Shown: positions 47,240-57,205, counted from the stretch's first letter. The stretch: DNA of 64,000 bases from a virus (IMGVR_UViG_3300032138_000009:17209-81208), one strand, 5' to 3'. Made by a program: numbers and translations. The notes: generated by a model from the letters alone, not told the origin.

Positions 47240-49365
47240 ATCTTAATCACCTTCCTAATAATCTTACTTATATTATTAGCCAACTGATTAGTATCATTTA
47301 CATATATATGGTTAGAGAACATACGTTCTTGATAGTGAGCACCACCGAACCCTACCTGTATAACAGACCATCCTTTAGCTTCAAGTCCCTTTACTACTTT
47401 AGCTGTATGTCTTATACCTGCTTCACCACCATATCCTATAGCCGCAGGCGAACCATCAGAAAATATAATCATTAATTTATTAGACATAGGATTATCAGTT
47501 TCTTGTTTTACCTTATCAGCCGCACCGAGTATAGCATTACCGTCTCTATTTTCATATCGAGCTTTCATACTTCCTATCGCAAAGGGTCTATCCTTTATAG
47601 TAGGACTATGATACAAAGTCATATTAGTAGAACGTGGGTCATTATGCCATCCGTCATGTCCGTCAGCCGTATGTCCCATAACCCATAGGTTAAGCATAGC
47701 ATTTTCTTGTAATGCTTCTTTAACTGCTATACAACTTTGTCTTGCATGCCCCATATAACTACCCATACTACCACTTTCATCTACCAACAGACATACATCT
47801 AAAGGTTTATCTTCCTTTATTATTGTCGTAGAGAATATATCCCTTCTATCCATAGGTATACGATGTAGCATACGCTTATCTATCTTTCCACGCTTTTGAT
47901 TACGTATGGTAAACTGCTCTCTATTACCATATAACTGTATCTTCTTCTTTAAAGAATTAGTTTGAGTCTTTATACTTTTAGAGTCTAACTTATATCTATC
48001 TACCTCGTAAGACGTAGGATTAGCAGTTCTCCAAGTTATCTTTCGTTCAGTTCGAGAAGGTGCTTCACTCTTTCCTAACTCAGTTTCACTATAATCACTA
48101 TCTTCTAAATCTTTCAGTGCTTTTATCAAGTCATCATCTAATTGACTATCCTTATCATCTTTATCAGGCTTATAGTCAGTAGCACCACATATCTTCTTGA
48201 ATGTAGAAGCGGATGCTCTATCACCTAATAACTTTTCCATAGCAGTCATCTTACCACGTCTCTTTTTGGCATCTCTTTCTATTTTCTTCTCTATCTCTTT
48301 CCAATCTTCTTCAGATAGGTCAGCATCACTGAGTTTATCTTTCATTTCCGCCATCTTTTCACCAGCTTCATGCTTTATATCTTCACCATGCTCTTCTGCC
48401 ATCTTATCAGCGACAGTGTTCATATACTTATACAAAGTTTCTATTGCCTTCAATACATTTTCTCTACTATCTAACGCATTTTTTAATGCTCGAGCAAAGA
48501 ATTGTATATGTTTAGCATGACGTTTCTTTCTATCTGCATTAATATTTTCTGGATATCTTATCAATGCGAGTAAGGTATTCATTAAATCTAAATAAGGATT
48601 AGAAGAAGCTTGTTCTAACGTATCTTTAACCTTTTCATTGAAATAGTATTCCTTCGTTGCTACTATATATTTTACGAAACCAGCACAATCTTTTCCTAAT
48701 TGTTTTTCTATATACTCATCCTCTACCGAGTTAGCGATAGAGTGTAATAATTCTGATTGATGGTTATCTAACCTATTGTTATAACTATAATCCTTTTCCC
48801 ATTTGGTTAGTGGTTTAGTATGGACTAAATGTAACTTTTCATGGATAGATAGGCCAGCACATACGTCTAACTTATCATCACCATTCTTTAATAGATTTCC
48901 ATCTATCACTATTCTTCCTGTTTTCATATTGGTATAACCTGTGGAAGCATTATTAAACTCAAGCGTATGATGAACAGTAGGGTCTACTACCTTACATAGA
49001 GAATCTAAATGACTCTTATGCTTAAGTATACGAGCCGCATTATTATCTTGTTGTCCAAACCAGCTACTACCTGTAGACCACATACCACTAAGAGATGAAC
49101 CTTGATGAGTATTCCATGTAGAGGTATTACCTCCCCACGTATAACCACTGCTTCTTCCCCATATGTCTCCTGTCGAAGATACTGATGGCGACGAGGATAT
49201 AGTAGTTTTAGCTACGTCTCCAGATGCAAACTCATCAGTAAACTCTATATGATTGTCACATATAGGACAGTTACCATCGTGGTCGGATTCTACGAACTTC
49301 GTGCAAGTATAACAATAATCCTCATCATACTCACCTGTCCAACTGTCTATACTTCTATATTCCAT
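47236..49365 (-). CDS. vWA-domain protein with N-terminal Zn ribbon and HExxH domain
   Basis: CYTC..CPIC; IHEKLH; MIDAS DESGSM; FSDG. Confidence 0.85.
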   Translation of the reverse strand: MEYRSIDSWTGEYDEDYCYTCTKFVESDHDGNCPICDNHIEFTDEFASGDVAKTTISSSPSVSSTGDIWGRSSGYTWGGNTSTWNTHQGSSLSGMWSTGSSWFGQQDNNAARILKHKSHLDSLCKVVDPTVHHTLEFNNASTGYTNMKTGRIVIDGNLLKNGDDKLDVCAGLSIHEKLHLVHTKPLTKWEKDYSYNNRLDNHQSELLHSIANSVEDEYIEKQLGKDCAGFVKYIVATKEYYFNEKVKDTLEQASSNPYLDLMNTLLALIRYPENINADRKKRHAKHIQFFARALKNALDSRENVLKAIETLYKYMNTVADKMAEEHGEDIKHEAGEKMAEMKDKLSDADLSEEDWKEIEKKIERDAKKRRGKMTAMEKLLGDRASASTFKKICGATDYKPDKDDKDSQLDDDLIKALKDLEDSDYSETELGKSEAPSRTERKITWRTANPTSYEVDRYKLDSKSIKTQTNSLKKKIQLYGNREQFTIRNQKRGKIDKRMLHRIPMDRRDIFSTTIIKEDKPLDVCLLVDESGSMGSYMGHARQSCIAVKEALQENAMLNLWVMGHTADGHDGWHNDPRSTNMTLYHSPTIKDRPFAIGSMKARYENRDGNAILGAADKVKQETDNPMSNKLMIIFSDGSPAAIGYGGEAGIRHTAKVVKGLEAKGWSVIQVGFGGAHYQERMFSNHIYVNDTNQLANNISKIIRKVIKI

Positions 49366-49741
49366 ATATATTATCCAACCACATATCTATTTCCGCAGTA
49401 GGCTCTACTATTTCAGCAGTAAGTTTATATTCAAAGCACTTCAAAGTTCTTTTAGCTGAACCTATAGCACACTGATATATAAATCTATCATCTTCACCTA
49501 CCATTCCTTCAATCATATAGAAGGCTTCGTTAGGAGTTATAGTCTTAGGTAGGTCTTTCTCTAACATATTATCATTTATTAGTCTACGCTTATATGCACC
49601 TATATGCCTACCTGTCACTTCCGCCATAGGATAAACCCTTTTGATAGCCTCAGCCACGTGCTTAGGCATAAGACCATGTTCTAATAATACTTTAGCTATC
49701 TTATGCCAATACATATGCTTTCTAACCTTAGCTCGAGCCAT
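49355..49741 (-). CDS. Possible HTH DNA-binding protein
   Basis: Helical N-terminus (IAKVLLEHGLMPKHVAEAI...HIGAYKRR). Confidence 0.4.
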   Translation of the reverse strand: MARAKVRKHMYWHKIAKVLLEHGLMPKHVAEAIKRVYPMAEVTGRHIGAYKRRLINDNMLEKDLPKTITPNEAFYMIEGMVGEDDRFIYQCAIGSAKRTLKCFEYKLTAEIVEPTAEIDMWLDNIYGI

Positions 49742-49745
49742 ATGT

Positions 49746-51098
49746 TTAGTCTCCCATTGACTGTATAGTTTGTATAACTCTTACTCTTTCAGTATCATCT
49801 CCACCTTGTATAGGATAGAATGGTAATACTGTATGCTTAAGTGCATCTAATAAAGACATACCATCTACTACTAACTCGGCTGAAGTTAAGCACATACGTG
49901 TTGAAACAGCTACGTTTAACTCTTCAGCTTTATATAAATCTCTAATCTTTTTAGAGAACTCAGTTATACGTCTTGCGTCATCCTCACTGATATGAGGGAC
50001 ACGCACTTGTAATAGTTCCTGCTCTTTCTTTTGAGGTAGGTAGTCTAATTCATATAAACCACCACAGAACCTATCCTTCCATGCTCTATCTAAATCATGC
50101 GCACAACCAAGATATTCTCTACCTATATTAGCAGTAGCATAGAAAAATGCACCACTATCTAAGTCTACTATATCAGCATCTTCACTTTCGTCTAATGCTA
50201 AATACTTCTGACCATCTAATACAGGCATAAGGATATTGGCTAAGTCTCCGGTTCTATCTCTCGTAATTTCATCGAGCATTATAAACCCTCCACTGTTATC
50301 AGTTATAGCTGAAACAAACCTACTTGGTTTAAACCATGTCCCTTCTTCTTTGCTAAACTTAGTATCACCTAATATCTTAGCTGAAGGATTCATCGTATCA
50401 CCGAAGTTAAACGAATAAAAAGGTTTATTGGTTATATCTGCGAGTATCTTACCGAGACTACTCTTACCACAACCACTTGGCCCTGTCACAAGTATGTTCC
50501 TACCTCTAAAGATATTCCTTAGCATAGTGTAGAATGTCATATCATCAGTGAATTTAAATTCTTCTGGGATAGACACTGAAGCTTTAAGCTTACCTATAAC
50601 ACTATCATCTATGATAGGCTCAGGTTCCTCTTCAGGTATAGCCTCTGCTACACCCATTCCAATCATCGCTTCAGACATATCATCCCAATCACTCATCAAA
50701 GTATCTTCAAATATATCATCTATACCAAATAACTCTCGATAATCATCTCTTACGCTATATGCGTCATGCTCTAAGGGTTCATCGGCCCTATCCTCTGCTA
50801 ACACGGGTGAATCTTCTTCACCTCTATACGTTTCACTCTCGTAACTCATATCTTTTCCTTTTGAAACCCCATCGGGGCTTAAACTTACATCGTCTTTAGA
50901 GTATTTAAAGGTTTCTGATGCCTTATACTCTTCCTTAATTTTCTCTATATCTTTCTCAAGACCAAGAATCATACTCTTGTATTCTTCCTTAGCCCATTCA
51001 GTCAAGTCATCAGACTCCATATGCTTAGTATATATCTCTATCTGTTCAACCTTTCGTTCTATATCATACCTCAACTTTACAAACATTTCACTACTCAC
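49746..51098 (-). CDS. MoxR-family AAA+ ATPase with acidic N-terminal extension
   Basis: GPSGCGKS, MLDEITR, ATAN, LDRAWKDRF; near the vWA gene. Confidence 0.88.
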   Translation of the reverse strand: MSSEMFVKLRYDIERKVEQIEIYTKHMESDDLTEWAKEEYKSMILGLEKDIEKIKEEYKASETFKYSKDDVSLSPDGVSKGKDMSYESETYRGEEDSPVLAEDRADEPLEHDAYSVRDDYRELFGIDDIFEDTLMSDWDDMSEAMIGMGVAEAIPEEEPEPIIDDSVIGKLKASVSIPEEFKFTDDMTFYTMLRNIFRGRNILVTGPSGCGKSSLGKILADITNKPFYSFNFGDTMNPSAKILGDTKFSKEEGTWFKPSRFVSAITDNSGGFIMLDEITRDRTGDLANILMPVLDGQKYLALDESEDADIVDLDSGAFFYATANIGREYLGCAHDLDRAWKDRFCGGLYELDYLPQKKEQELLQVRVPHISEDDARRITEFSKKIRDLYKAEELNVAVSTRMCLTSAELVVDGMSLLDALKHTVLPFYPIQGGDDTERVRVIQTIQSMGD

Positions 51099-51610
51099 TT
51101 TCTATCCTCCGGTTTACAATAGTCCCAACCAAAGAAGTCATATACCTTCTGTTCTGTATCACAATGATATATCTTATCTGTCTCAACAGATATAACTTTA
51201 TATCCGTCATCAGCCCATATACCTTCTTGGTTTAACTTATATCCTATCCTTTTAACTTGCGCCCTCTTTCTTATGTTATATCTTCGTGGCCCTGTGTTAT
51301 GCATAAGAGCAGAACCCCATTCACTACGTTTAGTATAGAATATATTTATCTTCATACCACTCTTTAGCTGATATATCTGTCTTTTTTCTCCTCCAGATAC
51401 CTGTATTACTCCTTTCCTCCAGAATAATTGGTCTATACGTGATGGGTCACCTTGCACTTGTATGTCTATATCTCCTATCTCTTCCTCTTTTCTTCTTAAG
51501 GAACCTACCACAGCTACTTTCTCAGTAGTATTCAACATCGCTATATGTGTTACCCACTGAACTGCTATCCTTTGTGCCGTATCATATGACACTCTTTCTC
51601 CACTACTCAT
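51095..51610 (-). CDS. Minimal DNA polymerase X-family protein (palm plus thumb)
   Basis: VVGSLRR....GDIDI; WGSALMHNTG; GYKLNQEG; TEQKVYDFFGWDYCKPEDR. Confidence 0.82.
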   Translation of the reverse strand: MSSGERVSYDTAQRIAVQWVTHIAMLNTTEKVAVVGSLRRKEEEIGDIDIQVQGDPSRIDQLFWRKGVIQVSGGEKRQIYQLKSGMKINIFYTKRSEWGSALMHNTGPRRYNIRKRAQVKRIGYKLNQEGIWADDGYKVISVETDKIYHCDTEQKVYDFFGWDYCKPEDRK

Positions 51611-51800
51611 CTTTCTTTCTCTTTTTTATCTTTACTCTTTTAACTGCTACCTTAGTCGGTGCTTCCTTATATGCTTGTTTGAAGTCTATAAACTGTCCTC
51701 CTTTCTCAGCACTCTTAGGTAGCGTATAACCCTCGTAAGGTTCTTTAGTTACTCTCTTTCTTTTCATACATCTTCTCCGCTTTGCATATCTCAGCTTCAT
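51603..51800 (-). CDS. Small basic hypothetical protein
   Basis: K/R-rich; start uncertain. Confidence 0.4.
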   Translation of the reverse strand: MKLRYAKRRRCMKRKRVTKEPYEGYTLPKSAEKGGQFIDFKQAYKEAPTKVAVKRVKIKKRKKDE

Positions 51801-51902
51801 CTACTTCTATCTTAGGTGTTAATTCTAAACCATACTTATCTATCTCTCCCATAAGCATCATAGCTATAAGCTGTTCAAATATATCACTCGCATCACTCAT
51901 AT

Positions 51903-52595
51903 CTAATGTGCTATATAGCTTACCTCACTCACTTTATCATTCCAACACGCACGACACTCTTTACATTCATTATTCTGTTTAGATGCAGGACATATATATC
52001 CTTCGCTATTCTCAAGCATATCTTTTGAATATACAGTAGATATATAATTATATCCACTTAACGTGCTACTATTAACATTAGGATTACTCACTCGTATAAT
52101 TAAGTTGGGTGCTATATCATTCGTTTGTGAATAAGACTTCACAAGTTTATACTCTTTTGTCGGTAGCCAAAATCGTATGTGTGGAGATGACCATGCTATA
52201 TGGTTCATATCCTTAAGCATAGCCTCTCCTTGTATATCACCACTGTCAAACCAACGAAAGTGTCCTGTATCTACTATATGTTTCTTATTGTGCATTAAGT
52301 ATATCATCGCATTTGTCCATTTATCTCTATCATCATTCCATTTACTATATCTATTCTCAAGAGCCTTTTGTGTTTGAGGGAATTGATACATACCTTTCAG
52401 TGCATAACACTTATTACATACACTACCTTCTACCTTAGCTAATTTACTTCCTATATTACATCTCTTAGCTGATATACTCCATGCGTATGTGGGCATCTTA
52501 CTTGGGTTAGACAATCCTCCTACTGTATTCTCAGCGTCTTTAATACTATTAAACTCAGTCCACCACATATCATTCACCATTCCAACATACTTCAC
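51903..52595 (-). CDS. Gp88-like phage protein (Cys motif, radical-SAM-related)
   Basis: GLSNPSKMP...C..G.KL...SVC..CYA; FRWFDSGD. Confidence 0.7.
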   Translation of the reverse strand: MKYVGMVNDMWWTEFNSIKDAENTVGGLSNPSKMPTYAWSISAKRCNIGSKLAKVEGSVCNKCYALKGMYQFPQTQKALENRYSKWNDDRDKWTNAMIYLMHNKKHIVDTGHFRWFDSGDIQGEAMLKDMNHIAWSSPHIRFWLPTKEYKLVKSYSQTNDIAPNLIIRVSNPNVNSSTLSGYNYISTVYSKDMLENSEGYICPASKQNNECKECRACWNDKVSEVSYIAH

Positions 52596-52649
52596 ATATC
52601 ACTCTATTAGCAAACATATCATCACCACATCCTAAACATATAAGTTCCA

Positions 52650-52922
52650 TTAACAATATCCTCTTATCTTTCTAACCACATTCTCATAGTCATAGTCCTC
52701 CATATATCTTAAGGAGGTTATAACTTTCTTTAGTGATTGACTAACACTATACATATTATCTTCTGTCTTAGGGTTTATATCTTTACATAATTGATATAGA
52801 AACTTATAGTCTACATCATCATAACCATTAACATATACCATAGGGAAATTCCTTTCACCTTGAATAGCTAACTTTATATCTTCTATCGTTAGGTCTTTAG
52901 GCATCTTCCATCTCCCATTCAT
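52650..52922 (-). CDS. Hypothetical protein
   Basis: ORF track. Confidence 0.5.
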   Translation of the reverse strand: MNGRWKMPKDLTIEDIKLAIQGERNFPMVYVNGYDDVDYKFLYQLCKDINPKTEDNMYSVSQSLKKVITSLRYMEDYDYENVVRKIRGYC

Positions 52923-53066
52923 ATATAGCTTGGTCTATCTCTGTATATGCTTGTGATAATGGCTTATCAGGTATAAGCATTTCATTACCATCCATATCAT
53001 AGAACTTTATCTCATATGAACTTATCTTTTGCTTGTATGGTATATCTCTTTCATGCTCGTATGTCA

Positions 53067-53180
53067 TTACCAACCTCTCATATCACAAAGGCATTTATTA
53101 TGCTCTATTGCGCAATCACATACTAAGCATACTTCTATTCCGAACTCATCTACTCTTATAGGGTCTATGTCTTTATTCAT
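53067..53180 (-). CDS. Zinc-binding micro-protein (37 aa; CLVCDC...CLC)
   Basis: Coupled to its neighbours; Cys pattern. Confidence 0.5.
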   Translation of the reverse strand: MNKDIDPIRVDEFGIEVCLVCDCAIEHNKCLCDMRGW

Positions 53181-53300
53181 CTATGACCTCATTATACATA
53201 TTAAAATCGGTATCTATACGACCACAACATTTACACTTAGGTAGTCCGGTATAACCATCTGCTTCATATAGCTCATTATATTCTTCTTTCGTTAGTATAT

Positions 53301-53510
53301 TCATATCTCTATCCCTATCTTTCCTAAGATTCTCTTTTGAAGCTCATCTCCATACGCATAACCTAAGTCATACGTATCTTTAAACTCGGCTGGTATAACT
53401 AACTCTTTACTATTAAAGAACAAAGCTCTATCTATACCTATCTTATACCATCGTAATGACTCAACTACTATATCATCACCTTCTACAATAAACTCTTTTG
53501 GCTTGGTCAT
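53301..53510 (-). CDS. Hypothetical protein
   Basis: ORF track. Confidence 0.5.
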   Translation of the reverse strand: MTKPKEFIVEGDDIVVESLRWYKIGIDRALFFNSKELVIPAEFKDTYDLGYAYGDELQKRILGKIGIEI

Positions 53511-53785
53511 AGGTCTACTCCACTACGGATTTGTTCCCATACGCCTTGCCTGTGTCCATTATATTCTTCTGGACTCATTGGCCTATCATTAATTAACTGA
53601 TGTGGCTTTGGTTCTGCACTGAAATATACTTCAGTAGTCTTTATACGTCTTAATTTATGGGAATAATCAATAGTATGAACTCTATTGTTTACTACTACTC
53701 CATTCATTAAGGCATATATTTGTTCTGGGCTTAACATAGAGAGCTTACTCTCTATATCACTAAGTTTCAAATTGGCTTGACTCAT
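53507..53785 (-). CDS. Hypothetical protein, first gene after the TATA at ~53817
   Basis: GAAACCTTTAAATAC promoter on the - strand. Confidence 0.55.
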   Translation of the reverse strand: MSQANLKLSDIESKLSMLSPEQIYALMNGVVVNNRVHTIDYSHKLRRIKTTEVYFSAEPKPHQLINDRPMSPEEYNGHRQGVWEQIRSGVDL

Positions 53786-53962
53786 TTTTTAACCTTACTT
53801 TAAGATGCTTTGAAAGTATTTAAAGGTTTCGGCGGAAATCGGGGTGCAAACATATAACTTCGTGCTTAGTTGTAAGCGTATTAAATCCCGCTAATCATCT
53901 TTGAATTATAGCGATAGATTTATATACAACCTACTTCACTATATTATACTATATTAAGATAA

Positions 53963-54370
53963 GGCTCTATTATGATATATAATACATAGCTTAATAGATA
54001 ACATAATAGTTGCTTAATAGAGCATATTAGTATCTTAATAGAGCATTGGTTAGTAGAGCTTATTATAATATAGCATAACAATAGTATTACTCCACTTCTT
54101 TTCTTCACACATATAAAAAAGAAAAGGCTCTATACTGAACTGGTTTGGAGGATGAGCTTTAAAGCTTTCGAACCAACCTTATGTTCTCACAGCGTTATAC
54201 CGATGCGTAGGCTCTATTGGGCTTGCTAAATCTCTCACCCCCTTATATCCTTCGAGCAACGCATTGTTTTATATAGGCTCTATTGAGCATTTTTCTCACG
54301 TGGCCCTATCGACGGTGATTAATAGAGCATATTATAAATTGCATTCTTTAGAGTTTATATGTTTAGAGCT
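53963..54370. repeat. Cluster of ~8 (A)ATAGAGC motifs in both orientations in AT-rich non-coding DNA
   Basis: Copies near 53963, 54014, 54035, 54051, 54125, 54208, 54274, 54319. Confidence 0.7.
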
Positions 54371-54376
54371 TATACC

Positions 54377-54481
54377 CCAAACTTTGGGCGGCAAATTTCT
54401 AAAAAGAGTGAGCGGAAGATATAACGGACTATATAAGGGCCCTCGAGCTTTATATACTGTTTTGACCCATACCTTTATATA
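54377..54481 (+). promoter_or_regulatory. Early-type promoter cassette (+ strand copy)
   Basis: Matches the - strand copies at 56.1-59.0 kb: GTGAGCGG...TATATA...CTTATATAC...GACCCATACCTTTATAT. Confidence 0.7.
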
Positions 54482-54537
54482 GGTTGAAACCATGTGTAAT
54501 ATACCGGAAACGGTCAAAAAAAAGGAGGAAAAAATAT

Positions 54538-54894
54538 ATGCCTGCATCGACAGATACGCAAAAGGGAACCGCTATGGATTACCTTTCAGCCCCTCGAGAT
54601 AGTGGAATTGTTAAGAGTCTTATGAGTCTTATCGGTTATACTACTTCGAAAGGCGAAAGATTACCTGCCGGAGTCAAAATTGACACCCTCGTAGCTCTAA
54701 ATGAATTATTGTCTGTAAAAGATAATGAAGAATTTACATCTATGTTAGCGACTCGAGTAGTAGAGCTTCAAGCATCCCGTAGAACTGCGACCCTAAAAGT
54801 CAAAGCGACACCGGAGTCTATTATAGACGCTGTTAAAAGTGGTAAGATTAATCTTGCTGAATTGACAGAAGCTTTAAGTAGCCTCGAAAGTTAA
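54538..54894 (+). CDS. Hypothetical protein (118 aa), lone + strand gene in the early region
   Basis: AGGAGG SD before ATG 54538. Confidence 0.7.
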   Translation: MPASTDTQKGTAMDYLSAPRDSGIVKSLMSLIGYTTSKGERLPAGVKIDTLVALNELLSVKDNEEFTSMLATRVVELQASRRTATLKVKATPESIIDAVKSGKINLAELTEALSSLES

Positions 54895-54913
54895 AGGCGT
54901 TAAAATGTTCACA

Positions 54914-54945
54914 GGGGAGAGAGAGTAAAAGAGTCTCCCCATTTT
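54914..54945 (+). terminator. Hairpin GGGGAGA/TCTCCCC followed by a short T-run
   Basis: 7-bp GC stem directly after the stop codon. Confidence 0.5.
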
Positions 54946-55559
54946 ACGTTTACGGGGGATACCCTGTATTAGTGAGTGACTGAATAAACCTATCCCAATG
55001 GGTTAAAGTATTCGAAGTTGCCCCAACGTGCAAGTGCATGAGGGGATACTTAGAAGTGAGCCGAAAAAAATAACTACTAATTGTAGTTGGGTTTTGGCTT
55101 TGAGGGTATACAAGAAATCCCTTCTCACACTTACGTTTATATAGCTATATAATAGGCGTGAACATATAAAAATCATTCGCACGTTAGCATAGAAAGAGAA
55201 GACATAAGTATAGACCCATCCCTCTTGGAGATACATTAAGTCCCTTGTTAGGAGTATATTATTTAAAGTGCCGTAGGACGCCCTTTCTCAAACTTAATTA
55301 GATAACTCACCGTATATGTTGAATCATACCACTATTACTTTCTCATTCTCTCTAAGATGTATCGTCATGATTTCAATTATATGTGCGGGTTCTCACCTGA
55401 ATGGAAACGTTTTGTCAGAATCCCACGCCACCTTATAATGACAAATGTTCTAAACAGGAGGGTGTTAAAGTGGGACGCCCAATCCCTTATATAGGGACGC
55501 CCTCCGAAGTGAACAATTTTTTTTTCGCCAAACCTTGGGGAGTTTAGGCCCCCCTAAAT

Positions 55560-55763
55560 TTAATATTCACCGTCGTCGTGGACATCATAATTATCTATCT
55601 CGTGCATTTTACAAGTGCAATTACCATATATCCATTCACAACTTTCTGCGTGTTGCATTTCTTCTGAAGTAGCTCCCGATTCTTCATAATGAAAATCGAA
55701 AGACCCACCTTCATATTCATATTTAAATTCTTCTCGGCGAGGCATTTTACCACCCCATCTCAC
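55560..55763 (-). CDS. Acidic small protein with an H/C metal-binding motif
   Basis: HAESCEWIYGNCTCKMH. Confidence 0.5.
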   Translation of the reverse strand: MRWGGKMPRREEFKYEYEGGSFDFHYEESGATSEEMQHAESCEWIYGNCTCKMHEIDNYDVHDDGEY

Positions 55764-55889
55764 AATTACAGTCAGAACAAACTTGTTTTTGTCCTACGCC
55801 ATAACCTCTTAATGTGGTTGCGATTGCGTCGCCACAATCTTCACATAAATCTTCTTCTTCATATCCTAATTGGATTAACTGTTCAGTGT

Positions 55890-56102
55890 TCATTTTTTTA
55901 TCTCCTTTGCTATTTTTTTATCTAAACCTAATTCTCGGCATCTCAGTGCTTCACCTATCGGTGTAAAACTGTGTCCTTTCATTTTTGGTTTACCTGTTGG
56001 TCTTTTCCTAACATCATAAAACCTCTCAGGTAGAGGGGTGTTAGATGGGTTTTTACGGGATTGCTCCCATGCTCTTAACATTTCTTTTAGTGTTTCACTC
56101 AT
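55890..56102 (-). CDS. Basic hypothetical protein
   Basis: Directly after a cassette promoter. Confidence 0.55.
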   Translation of the reverse strand: MSETLKEMLRAWEQSRKNPSNTPLPERFYDVRKRPTGKPKMKGHSFTPIGEALRCRELGLDKKIAKEIKK

Positions 56103-56230
56103 AGTAATATCTCTTTAACGAGAGAGTATTTAAAGGTTTCTCTCAAAAAGGTATATAAGTATCGAGGGGGTATATATACTGCGATATAGAACCCGCTCGA
56201 CATTTTTGGGGCCCAAACTTTGAAATTAAA

Positions 56231-56363
56231 AAACCTCGCTGGCCTAAGAGCGCCACATTAATGACTGAGCTTAGACCTTGAGGTGGTGTGTTTATACATT
56301 TGGCACACACCGAGCCAGCGGGCAAGACCACCTAACGCGTTGAGGTGGACACCCTTGAGGTTT
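56231..56363. ncRNA. Candidate multibranch structured RNA (~130 nt)
   Basis: AAACCTC/GAGGTTT closing stem with internal CGCTGGC/GCCAGCG, GGTGTGT/ACACACC, CTAAG/CTTAG and CCACCT/AGGTGG stems. Confidence 0.45.
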
Positions 56364-56365
56364 GC

Positions 56366-56521
56366 TTATAATTCTAATCCGCACGCATCATAAAAACGGG
56401 CTCGGTCAAAATTACTGTTAGAGTCATAACAAAAATCTGCCATGTCTCTTATTAAAACGCCATCGGCTTTATGTTCTTTAAGAATATCTGCCATAGCTTT
56501 AAAATGTTTACGGCTTAACAT
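56366..56521 (-). CDS. Small phage protein (51 aa; MLSRKHF...NFDRARFYDAC)
   Basis: Recurrent phage small-protein pattern RKHF..A..L...N..FDR.RF..AC. Confidence 0.6.
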   Translation of the reverse strand: MLSRKHFKAMADILKEHKADGVLIRDMADFCYDSNSNFDRARFYDACGLEL

Positions 56522-56658
56522 AATTGTTTCCCCCGTGCTACCTTAACCAAAAGTTTTTGGTTTGGTCTCGTGTGGGCATAAAATACCTCAAATTCGCACG
56601 TTCCACCATTTAAGGCGTATTCGTGCCACATGCTCATAGTTTTCGATTCATTACTCAT
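56515..56658 (-). CDS. Small hypothetical protein (47 aa)
   Basis: GAGG SD after a cassette promoter. Confidence 0.5.
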   Translation of the reverse strand: MSNESKTMSMWHEYALNGGTCEFEVFYAHTRPNQKLLVKVARGKQLC

Positions 56659-56958
56659 GTTTTTCCTCTATATTTAACATGGCGAGCGAGCATATAAAGG
56701 TATGGGTCATTTTAGTATATAAGTCTCCTCCACCCTTATATATAGCGATATAGAACCCGCTCACGTTTTTTGCCGTCCGCAGCTCCCAAACCTTGGCGCC
56801 TTATATACCCCTACTTAGCGTAGGGGTCATTGGCTTCATTTAATAAAACTGCATCTCTACAGTTTGTTAAAACTTCGTCATAATATTCTAAGTCCCTTTC
56901 TGACATACCTTTATTTTTTTCTAAGGCATATCTTAAAGCACCGATACCGGTTATAACT

Positions 56959-57204
56959 TCACTTCTTAGCATCTTCAACCTCCTTTATTATTTTATCCAT
57001 TTCGATAACTTCACTTAAAACGTGTTTAGCAAAATGATTCCAATCATTTTTATTATGGGTGCCATTAGCTAAAGATGCCCATGCACCTATTAAGCTTTTA
57101 ACATTCCAATCCCAAATTCGAGCTTGGATTTTTTCTTGTTCGGTGGAATAAGATAATGCTTCTTTTTCTTCTCGAACTAATCTTTTAAATTGACTTTTAA
57201 ACAT
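56959..57204 (-). CDS. Hypothetical protein
   Basis: ORF track. Confidence 0.5.
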   Translation of the reverse strand: MFKSQFKRLVREEKEALSYSTEQEKIQARIWDWNVKSLIGAWASLANGTHNKNDWNHFAKHVLSEVIEMDKIIKEVEDAKK

Positions 57205-57205
57205 T

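Noticed and set aside
47236-51098. CobS/CobT cobalamin biosynthesis role despite the B12-dependent RNR
   Set aside because: No CobN or other cob genes; a generic MoxR-vWA chaperone explains the motifs.
28639-53244. Short + strand ORFs opposite replication/early genes (e.g. 28639-28980, 31620-31943, 47089-47475)
   Set aside because: Antisense shadows of well-supported - strand genes.
55003-55236. 77-aa - strand ORF
   Set aside because: Weak SD, atypical composition and overlap with a structured segment; not supported enough to call.
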